A stretch of 64,000 bases of DNA, taken from Phaeosaccion multiseriatum. Taxonomy: Eukaryota; Protista; Ochrophyta, other classes. Where the stretch lies: positions 1,488,001 to 1,552,000 of the forward strand of contig OZ218952.1 of NCBI GenBank assembly GCA_965112735.1. The letters are read 5' to 3'. Under the pieces are notes generated by a model, which made no database searches, was not told where the DNA came from, and worked only from the letters and a program-made list of their open reading frames with translations. Position numbers and translations under genes: made by a program. Below, piece by piece: positions 39,076-48,425 of this stretch. Each line of letters begins with the position of its first letter. The first letter of the stretch is position 1.

Positions 39076-40239
39076 TCAGCGGGATTCAACCCTGGCCTTG
39101 ATTGGGTAGGTCATGGGGCCCGTGTTCTTGATGATGATGGTGCATCCGTAGCCAGGAGTCTCGAGCACTGCAGAAAAGGGGCGCATTGCTCCGTCATCAG
39201 TAGAGACCTCCGCTAGTTGTCGCAGACTGCCGGGGCCTTGCAGAACCTCGACAGTGGCCTGGATGGGCAGGCCCTCGGACCAAAGTGAGATTCGCACGTT
39301 GTTCACAGAGGCATGAACGGGAAAGTATTGCAGGGAGTCTCCTTGGATAGTGCGTCCATAACCTCCTACAGCACCGCCATAGGAACCGTGGAAACCAGAG
39401 CCGAAGCCGGAGCTATAGCCAGAGCCGTAGGAGCCGGAGCCGTAGGAGCCGGAGCCGTAGGAACCGGAGCCGTAGTGGTGGTGGTTACCGTGGAAGCCGG
39501 AAGAGTAAAAGCTGCCGCTGCCACTGCCTCGGCCACTACCACGCACACCGGCCGCCAATGGGAACTCCATAGGCCCACCGTTTCGAATCTCGACCACGCC
39601 TCCTCGACCCCCGGGTGTGTCAACAATGGAGCGGAAGGGGCGGGCAAGTCCGTCTTCGCTCCAGACCTTGATCCGCTGGGGCGCGTGGTTGGGACCTTCC
39701 CAGACCTGAAGATCAGCGGTCAGGGGTGTTCCGTTCGTCTCTAAAAGCACTTGCTGCTGCTCTTGGTTGTAATGTCTACCCCATGAGAGGCGAGAGCCTC
39801 CCTGCATTTCCTGGAGTCCGTCGCGGCGTCCTCCCCAGAAAGATTGCCGGCCGCCAGCATAGGAGTTGTGGCGGTACCCGCCCTCGCGATAGTTGTCGCG
39901 GCCTCCACCCCAGAAGGACTGTCCGCCGTGCTGCTGAAGGCCATAGCCGTTATTGTCCCGCCGGATGATGCTCCCCTGCGACCCGACGGTGTTGATGTTG
40001 CGGATGCGCTCGTTCGACCTTGGCTCGTAGTACTGTTGCTGGCCGTTGTAGTTGTAGCCACCAATAGGCGTGGCCTGTCGAACAACGCTGCTCACAGCGT
40101 TGTTGACATTGTGGTGCCGTCCTTGGTTCTGGTTACTCTGGTAACGATCTGTGAAGGTCGTAACCTGAGAAGGAGAAAAGGCGGTGGCCTGGTGCCACAC
40201 GCAGAAGGCCAGGACACTCGCGAGGTAGGTGTTCATCAT
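39076..40239 (-). CDS. Intronless PyShell (pyrenoid shell)-like protein: bipartite plastid presequence, G/Y/N/R-rich extension, two tandem homologous beta-rich domains
   Basis: Signal peptide then ATA|FSP (ASAFAP-like). Internal duplication: MQGGSRLSW..QVLLETNGTPLTADLQVWEGP..IKVWSEDGLARPFRSIVDTPGG..EIRNGGPMEFPLAAGV versus IQGDSLQYF..VRISLWSEGLPIQATVEVLQGP..EVSTDDGAMRPFSAVLETPGY..IIKNTGPMTYPIKARV. This matches my recollection of the diatom/haptophyte QGGSLRTW..GRPL..GP..RPF..ETP..N..EFP family that I associate with PyShell; not search-verified. Confidence 0.7.
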   Translation of the reverse strand: MMNTYLASVLAFCVWHQATAFSPSQVTTFTDRYQSNQNQGRHHNVNNAVSSVVRQATPIGGYNYNGQQQYYEPRSNERIRNINTVGSQGSIIRRDNNGYGLQQHGGQSFWGGGRDNYREGGYRHNSYAGGRQSFWGGRRDGLQEMQGGSRLSWGRHYNQEQQQVLLETNGTPLTADLQVWEGPNHAPQRIKVWSEDGLARPFRSIVDTPGGRGGVVEIRNGGPMEFPLAAGVRGSGRGSGSGSFYSSGFHGNHHHYGSGSYGSGSYGSGSYGSGYSSGFGSGFHGSYGGAVGGYGRTIQGDSLQYFPVHASVNNVRISLWSEGLPIQATVEVLQGPGSLRQLAEVSTDDGAMRPFSAVLETPGYGCTIIIKNTGPMTYPIKARVESR

Positions 40240-41281
40240 GGTGTGTTGCTGTGTGTCGAGTCGAAGTTGATTGTGATGGGGTTTCCCTTCTCCCCCGTCC
40301 CTTCTCTCGTTCTATCTTTGTAACGAAGAATAGAGCAGCACTCTTGGATAGAGGGTTGGTCAGACAAAAAAGGGCGGTATATATCTATTGCCCGTTCCCA
40401 GTTTCAGTAGCGGCCACGTCACAAAAACAGAAAGCAACCGAAACATTTACTGCTAGTAACCCGTTACTTACTGCAACTTCTCTTATAGCAGCCCCCCCCC
40501 CCCAGCGTTGAGACTGGACCTTTTTATTCGGTACGCCAACACGCGAACAGTCTTGGCGGGGCCGGCGGAGGGGCGACCCAAATGGAGTGACCTTATCGTA
40601 GTTCTGAGGAAAACCCTGATAGCAGCCAGCCAGCCAGCACCCGAATTGAAGGGCGGGTTTCCCTCTCTGCGAAGCCGGTGCTACTCTGAGTAGGGCAAAA
40701 GAGATCATCGAGAGGCACATGATGGTGGAGGAGGTGGACACCATCATGTGGGATCAGATCATGGCGAGCGCGAAAGCCCTGGCTTCTCTCCTGGCGCCGC
40801 TTTGAGCGAGTATGGGCGGAGACAGACAAGCGCTAGCGGCGGAAGCAAGAACCTCACAGGGCACACTCCAGCTGAAGTTTGGAACCAATGCCTGCCAGAA
40901 ACAGCATGCACCTCATCATACCACCACGCACACACAGCTTGCAGCACCTTGCTCCCTTCTGTACGGAGTTAGTTAGACAGGTGTTTAGCCTTTCGGTGCC
41001 CCCGCCCTTAGGTTGATTCGCGGACGCTCCAGAACACCCCACGTGTACTTGCAAGATGCGCTTCTAAGAAGTACGCGGTCTTGCCTCGTTCTCCTGCCTT
41101 GTCGTCATCGGAGCGTCGTGGTTGCCCCCCCCCCCACCGGCCGCTCCTTAAACCTTATCTTGCACATCACTTGTCTTGTCGGACGCCTTGGTGTATCCGG
41201 CTTGTCCCGAACCCCTCCCTTCAGCGAGGCTGCGAGGGCGGTAGCAGCAGCAGCAGCAGCCGCAGCAGAGAAATTACCGCT

Positions 41282-41510
41282 GCTGCCGACCCCTGACGTA
41301 CTACCTGGCTGCTACCGCTGGTGTCAGCCGGCCTTTGACCCCCTACCGGCCGACCCCCTGACGTGCTAGCTACCGAGCGATTCTCAATAGCATGCTACCG
41401 GGCCCTCCGCACCCGGTAGCACACTACTGGCGGCCGGCCGGTAGCAGGTAGCACGCCAGGTCACGCCAGCGGTAGCAGGTAGCAGCTAGCTTACGTCGGC
41501 GGTGGCAGCT
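41282..41510. mobile_element. Foldback/MITE-like element with nested imperfect inverted repeats
   Basis: TGCTACCGCTGG (41310-41321) pairs with CCAGCGGTAGCA (41466-41477). Outer GCTGCC..GACGTA pairs with TACGTC..GGCAGC. Central hairpin TGCTACCGGG-9nt-CCCGGTAGCA (41393-41421). Confidence 0.5.
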
Positions 41511-42336
41511 GATGGACTGGTTGGCCGGCCGGCCGGTCGAGCAGAGGCCTTGGCACGGGGAGAGGGGATGCCTGGGCTCGCCGAGGAGCCTTCCGAGCGG
41601 CAGAGGCAGGGCCAGCGAGACCCGCGGGGGAAGGGGGTAGTCTGGCTGCTAGGAACGGTGGGCCGGTGGGCTTGAGACTCCAGGCTAATAGCTAGGCCTT
41701 GTACGGAGACTAAGGCGACATGGAGAGAACTCTGTACGTCCTACTAGTCGGTGTGCCTCCCGCCGAGGGCATAGCCCGAGGGAGGCTTGTGTTACACTCC
41801 CTGGCTCTCCGGGGTGGTGTGGAGTGTCAAAGAGTGTTGTGTGCTAAGCATGTTGGAATCCGTCGCCCGTCGCCTCTTGGAAGTTTGAAACTACACCCTT
41901 CTAGTCGCAGGTGATGGATGGATTGGAAAGTATGGTGAAGGTTGATAGGCAACAACAAGAACATGATCTTCCCTCCGCTGGTGGTAGTCTGGAGTGTGTG
42001 TAGCAACACCCCATCATCAGCCAGGAGTATCATGCATTTTTTCCGACTTTTATTCCTTACGTACTGCTCAGTGTGAGGGGACTTGCTCCTTGGGGAGGGA
42101 GAAGAAGAGGAGAAAGACGAACACGAGGAGGACGAAGATACGTGGGCAAACACCATCACTCACTTCTCTTTTCGCCGAGCGATTCCCTTGCCGGATAAAA
42201 CAAACATTACGTAAGGGTTCTACAACCCAGGGGGGTTTTGTCTCGTTCACGCTGACGAGACCTTCAAGCTTAAGTCCAGTTTAAAGGCTTTAGGGGGACT
42301 CAGCCTACTACACCACCGACTGGACCACAGCCAACC

Positions 42337-43317
42337 ATGAAGGCCTTCCTCGGGAGTCTCCTGTCGCTCTGCGTGTGTCTGGGAGTGGTCACTGCATTGA
42401 ATGTCGGTCAGCAGACGACCTTTAGGCTTGACAATGGGTGGGGTGGATATGGCCCCCGTAATTCTGTCGACCAAGGCATCTACTACGGGAACGGGCTGAA
42501 TCGATACGGGGGGGGGGGCTATCGCAACAACTATGTGGACCGTTCCTACGGCTACGACCGCTACGACGATTTTCCTAACGACAGATGGGGTTACTACAAC
42601 AATGGGCGATACCAGCCCAGGAGAAGGGAAGACTTGCTCAGGAATGTCAACACTGTAGGCCAGGGCACCACAATCACGCTCGCCAACCCTGGATATGGGA
42701 GATCGGGGTACGGCGGCGGGTACCACAACAATTATGATCGGTACGACTCGAACAGGTGGAGGGAAGACAACAATCGGCTGGCGAGCTTCTGGTTGGCCAA
42801 TCCTGTGGACCGAATCAACCGCGGTGGCTACAACAATGGTTACTACAACAATGGCTACAACCAGCTGAACAGCGGCGGTTACAACCGCAATGTCAATACG
42901 ATTGGCAACCAGGGCAGCATTATTCGAAGTGGCTATGGCAACTATGGCAGCAATTACTATGGGCCCGGCTCAAACCAGTACTGGGGCTCCAACTCTTACG
43001 ACGGCGGGACCTTCCGCGGGGAGACGTACAACTTGTACCGCGGCGGGAACTACTATGGCAACGGCTGGGGAAATCAGTGGGGAGGGAACGGGTGGGGCAA
43101 CGGGTACGACTCGTACAACAATTACCGAGGCGGCAACTATTACGGCAACGGGTGGGGGAACGATTACAGGGGAGGGCCATACCGCAATGGCTACAACAGT
43201 GGGTACTACAACAATGGGTACAACAATGGGTACTACAACAATGGCTACAACAATGGCTACAACCGCGGGGGGTTCTGGGGACCAGACCGAGGTGGAAACG
43301 CGCATCTCCTCTACTGA
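42337..43317 (+). CDS. Intronless signal-peptide protein, almost entirely G/N/Y/R/W low-complexity (prion-like); candidate pyrenoid/condensate protein
   Basis: 326-aa ORF in a good ACCATG context. MKAFLGSLLSLCVCLGVVTA|LNVG signal. Repeats GYYNNGYN, YRGGNYYGNGWGN x2, RNVNT[VI]G.QG x2. No globular domain. Confidence 0.85.
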   Translation: MKAFLGSLLSLCVCLGVVTALNVGQQTTFRLDNGWGGYGPRNSVDQGIYYGNGLNRYGGGGYRNNYVDRSYGYDRYDDFPNDRWGYYNNGRYQPRRREDLLRNVNTVGQGTTITLANPGYGRSGYGGGYHNNYDRYDSNRWREDNNRLASFWLANPVDRINRGGYNNGYYNNGYNQLNSGGYNRNVNTIGNQGSIIRSGYGNYGSNYYGPGSNQYWGSNSYDGGTFRGETYNLYRGGNYYGNGWGNQWGGNGWGNGYDSYNNYRGGNYYGNGWGNDYRGGPYRNGYNSGYYNNGYNNGYYNNGYNNGYNRGGFWGPDRGGNAHLLY

Positions 43318-44882
43318 ACGGACCACCCCGGTCTTGTATATGGGCATAGGTGGGGAGTGGCGAGGGAGAGGGTTGGGAGAGGCTGGCGCGGATGGTAGCG
43401 AATAGTAAACACGGGACCATAGCGGGGGCGAAAAGTAATAATGGTCCCAAAGGGTGGGGGGATCTGGGCGGGTCGGGACGTAGAAGTAAGCTGTAGTTTT
43501 AAACATGTGAATAGACCTTACGATACGCGAGTACGTATCCCTTGTCCAGCGTTCGCTGCCTGCGCATTGAGCCTTCACTGACCCACAGTGTCCGCCCCCT
43601 TCTTGTCTAACGCCACCGTCGGCCTCCTTTGGCACTAACTCCCCCGTCGCTGCTGCTCTTGCGCCCCCTCTTCTTCGTCTCCACTTTCCTCTCCACACAC
43701 ACCCGTTGCACTCATCCCTTCCCTCATATCCCGACCTCCGTCTCGTGCATCTCGGCCATCGCCATCGTCATTGCCGCCGCATACCCACCACAACATTGCC
43801 ACACCCTTCGCTGCCGTGGTGCCGCTGCTAACCTGTGCCTGTGCGTTGCATAGTGCCCTGAGGCTTGCCCCCCACCGCTCTTGCTGGGTTGGGGACGTCT
43901 CCGCTCATCCCTCCCTCCACTCCTCTTCCTTTGTGTTCGACCCTTGCCTGCTGCGGCTCCTGCTGCGGCTCCTGCTCCTGCTCCTGCTCCTGCTGCTGTC
44001 TCCAGTCAACGTACGGCTCTTCCTGACCCCCTAGCCGCAGCAACAGCAGCCGTAGCAGCAGGACCAAAGGTCTCCCTCTCCCTCCGCCTTCCTCTCCTCC
44101 ACCTTCCCGTCCCTTGCAGCGGCTCCGACTTCGCCGCTCCCTCCCACTTTGATTGGCTGCTGTGACCGCTGCTCCGACTGCGACTTATGCTGTTCCTGTT
44201 CGGCGTTCTTGCCCGGCTGGTTGCTGGTGAGGAGGGCCTTTCCTCTTCCTGATCCTGCCGCTTCGCTCCTTCGCTCTCTAGCAGCAGCAGCAGTAGTAAC
44301 AACTCTCTTCTTTCCTTGCTCCGAATTGTCCTTGCCCTGCTTCGACTCCTGCTGTTCCTGCTCGACGATCTTGCTGCCCGCCACCCTCAGATCCCCCTTC
44401 TTGCCGTCCTCTTTCTTTCCCCTGGCTCTACTCAGGCCCCCATCCTTTCTCCCACCCTGATGCCCGCTGCTGCCGCTGGCCCCGCCACCAGAAATTGAGA
44501 GCGGGTGCCCTCCCGCTCCCTCTCTTTTCTCTCTCTCTCTCCCTCCCTCTCTCTCTCTCTCCTCTCTCTCTTCCTTCCAGCTGTGCATACTGGTGCGCCT
44601 CTTGCACCGGCGATTGCCGCATGTCTATCCTTCCCCTATAGCTTATCCTCTTTACCCTCGCTGTCATTGTCACCATCTTCAGGAGGGGGGAAACAGGGGG
44701 GGGTAGGACAGGTGGACCACGCACGCCGCTGAGTTGCAGAGGAGCCGCGCTGCTTTTGTCTTGCCGGGCTCGCCGCCCATAGGCCCCCCTCCTCGTGAGT
44801 ACTGCAACGGCGGCGGTCACTGACTTGCCCGCCCGCCTTATGACTGCGGGGCGAGCTTCACTTCACTTGACATGACTTGACT

Positions 44883-45740
44883 TCACGTCTTCTGGCTGCT
44901 GTTCATGATGGGCCGCGGTCTGTTCTTGAAGTGCATCTTGCTCTCGACACGCCCCACTATGGAGTACGAAGTGGTCGCTGGAGAGGAGAGCGGGGCTGTT
45001 AGGGGAAAGAGGACAGTAGAGGCCAATCAAGGGAGGCGACGATCGAGTACGCTGCATTGTAGTGAAGCAGAGCACTTGCCTTGTGTAGCGCCTTCATCCT
45101 TCTTGCCCTCCTCCCCACGGGATGGGGTGCTGTCTTGCGGGGAAGGTTCGTGGCGAATGCGCTTAAAGACGAGCATGGGCTTGGGCAAACTAGTCACCTA
45201 GTCATGGGGTAGATTCAGGTAGATTCAGCCAATGTCGAAGGTCAAGTAGTACAATAAGGGAGGAGAGGAGAGGATTGACGAAGGTGGTACAAGAGAACGC
45301 GTTCGATTCATTCAGTTGTTTCCGCTGCGTTCTCTCGTACCTTTCCCTCCATTTTGTTGTTGTTTATGATAAGCGTGGGATTGCCCTGTGTGGCGGGAGA
45401 GGAGAGAGGCAGCACGGTGAGTGGGATGGGGTAGCAGCATTTATATTTCCTCAAATTTGTCCTTTCCCCCACTCACGTTGGCCGCCTTCGACAGGTGCCC
45501 CAGCAGCTGCCCACTCAGCGGGGCTGCGCACTTGATCTCCCCCTGCAGCTCCACCATGGACCATTCCGGTATGACCTTGGCTCCTTCCCTCGTCCTCTTG
45601 CTTCCCTTACTGTGGCCTCGGTCCTCACCACCCTGCTCGTGCTCCTCCTGCTGCTGCTGCTGGTCCTCTGCACCTCCTTTCTCGTCCTCCTCCTCCTCCG
45701 TTGCCTCAAGCGTCACAGGAATGCTCTTGACACAGCTCAT
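44883..45740 (-). CDS. CTF8: Chromosome transmission fidelity protein 8 (Ctf18-RFC subunit); exons 45740-45477, 45385-45341, 45197-45080, 44977-44883
   Basis: Manual splicing gives EWSMVELQGEI..LSGQLLGHL / GNPTLIINNNKMEGK / VTSLPKPMLVF / YSIVGRVESKMHFKNRPRPI, the characteristic Ctf8 blocks. Phases are consistent if intron 3 is GC-AG. Confidence 0.88.
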
Positions 45741-46042
45741 GCTGCTCGTGATGTTCTACTCTGGCTGCTGCTTTCCTTACACGTAAATTCCTCCCTTCCC
45801 CAAAAGTAAAGGGGATATTTTTTTATTTTTTTTTTTGGGGGTTTGGTGTGTGCTGCAGTAAAAAAACCTGCCTGTGTGGTGTGCCCCATCACCCCCGCAA
45901 CATGAGGTAGGCGGTGGGCAGCAGGACAATCGTACGATACTGTGCGTGAGACTTGAAAAAAAACCCTTTTACCCTCTCGATCATTTTTCTTTCTCTCTCT
46001 TCCCTGCGAGGGGAACACTGGCCGAGTGAGGAGCTACTAATT

Positions 46043-47361
46043 ATGGCGGAGGCGGCTTTAGACATTGAGGTAAGATCTCTTCTGTGGGGAGTCCCGGCCC
46101 TTCGCCTTGAGGCCCAGCCTATTTTCTCGTATATGTATGCATGTTCCTCCCCTTTGTATCCATTGGTCCTGGCGCCCTACCCTTGGGTCAAGGCGAAAGC
46201 TCACGGCCTCCCGGGCCTCCCTCCTTGCCCTGGTCTGCACAGGGGGTGCGACTTGGTGAGGCCATAGTGATGGGGGCGGCTGCAGCAGAGGTCAAGGCGA
46301 TGGTGGCGAAGCTCGTCTCCAAGACGGGCAAAGCACGCCTGGACAAACCGATAGATACGTTCGGATGTACCGCGATGACCATGGCGGCGGAGATTGGTCG
46401 AGCAGACTGTATGGATATCCTCGTCTCAGCTGGAGCGAGTGTGGATCAGGCGGATGGTGTTGGACTCACTCCGCTCTTTATCGCATCTCGGGCCGGATTT
46501 CTCTCAGTTGTGGAGGCGCTTCTTTCGGCCAGCGCCAGTGTGCATTCGTTATCTCAGAGGACCACTCCGCTCTACATAGCTTCTGCACGAGGGCATGCTG
46601 CAGTGGTGGGGGCACTTCTTTCGGCCAAGGCGAATGTGAACTTGATGGACGAGGTGGATCGATGCACTCCGCTTTGTATCGCGTCTCAGGCGGGTCACGT
46701 GTTAGTGGTGCATCGCCTCATCTCAGCAGGCGCACTCCTCGATGGAGGCGACAGTTCCGGAGGCACTCCGCTGTACTCCGCTGTGAATAATGGGCAGGCA
46801 GCGGTAGTGGACAAGCTTCTGTCGGCTGGTGCCGGAGTGGACGCGATGAATTGCGAGGGTTGGACTCCTCTCGTACTCGCCTCTATGACAGGCCACGATG
46901 AAATAGTGGAGCGGCTTCTCCGTGCTGGTGCGAAGGTGGATTATGGGGGGGCCCGCTTTGGCTTCACCCCTCTTCACTTTGCTGCTCGCTATGGGCACGG
47001 GGCAGTGGTGGCCCGTCTTCTCGATGCAGGGTGTCCATGTGATGTGTTGGCCACGTGTGGCTCTCCCCCATTACTCGCTGCCGCCGTCGCTGACCAACAT
47101 GGGACGGTTCAGCAGCTCCTCTCCGCCGGAGCCTCGGTGGACATTGCCCTGGCCTGTGTGCAGCAGAATGATGAGTACCCTGAGGCCGAAGGTACGAAGC
47201 AGAGCCTCCTCGCCGCAGCAAGGGAGCACTTCGCATCGCAGACTGCCCTGGACCTGATGCGCGCAACCGACCCCACCTTTGGCAAGGAGAGGGGCGTACC
47301 GCCGCAGGAGAGGGACGTTCACTCTGAGACCATGCTCGAGGTGGCTTTGGAAATGGCCTAA
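46043..47361 (+). CDS. Ankyrin-repeat protein; short exon 1 (46043-46069) + exon 2 (46243-47361)
   Basis: About 8 repeats of G.TPL..A...G...VV..LL.AGA.VD. GTAAG donor at 46070 and CAG acceptor at 46242, in frame. Confidence 0.9.
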
Positions 47362-47473
47362 ACCACCGCTCATCATGGTTTTCGGCTTTCCTTAGCAAGG
47401 GGTGTGGTGCCATCTTTTTAGAGAGGGGTTGGGCTTGAGAGAGTGGAAGAGTTAAATAAAAGGTGTGTTTTGT

Positions 47474-48381
47474 TCATCTGCCCTTCCGCCCGCTGCGTCC
47501 TTGCGACTTGCGTCTGCCGCCCCCTCCCCCTCCCCCCTGCTGCTCCCCCTGCTCGTGGTCCGCCCCCCCCTCGCCCCCCCCCGCGGTGCTGACCACCACC
47601 TTGCCCCCCAGCAGCTCATGCTTGTGTGGGTCGGCGTCTACTTCGTGCTGAGTGCGAAGGTAGAAGGTCAGGTCTTGCACCTGTGTGTTCGTTTGTCGGG
47701 TATGCATCATCCCACATGTAGGACGGGCAGCAGCAGCAGCAGTAGTGGAAGTATATCAGTAAGAGAAAGGAAAAGCAAGAAGGGAGGGGGCCTGAGGTGG
47801 ACAGAGCGCGCACGCCTGTATGTGTGTGTATGTATGTGTGTATGTTGTATGTGTATGTGTGTGTGTGCATTGTCCCTCCCTGCCCGTCCACTGCCATTGC
47901 CGTCCCGCCTCTATTTGAACTCCCTCTTCCTCCCTCCCTCTCTGTGGATCGTCTGTCCCTCTCTGTCTCTCTCCCTCCATCTCTCTCTACCTTCGCCTCT
48001 CGCCCTCTCTCTCTCTTCCTCTCCTCTCTGTCTCCCTCTCTTTCTCCTTCTCCCCCCCGCCCCGCCGCACGCCATACCTGCTGCTCAAGCTCTGCTATTT
48101 GCTTCTCGCACGCCTCCTTGACTCTGCTCGTGCCCGCTCGAACCCTCTTGACATGCTCCTGGCGAGAGTGCTGATCCTCTGCAGGAGTTGGTGATACAGC
48201 AGCAGTAGCAGTAGCAGTAGCAGACAAAAAATGTTGGAACGGCAGCCAAGACCCGGGGAGGAATACAAACAACGCCAATACAGACAGAACGGAATAGACA
48301 CACACATACTCAGACACAACACACCACACACACAAACAAACCACACACACACACACCACACACACACACAAACCACACACA

Positions 48382-48425
<44 letters not shown>

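Noticed and set aside
42970-43698. Hydrophobic V/I/P-rich antisense ORF
   Set aside because: Reverse complement of the Asn/Tyr/Gly repeats of the 42337 gene.
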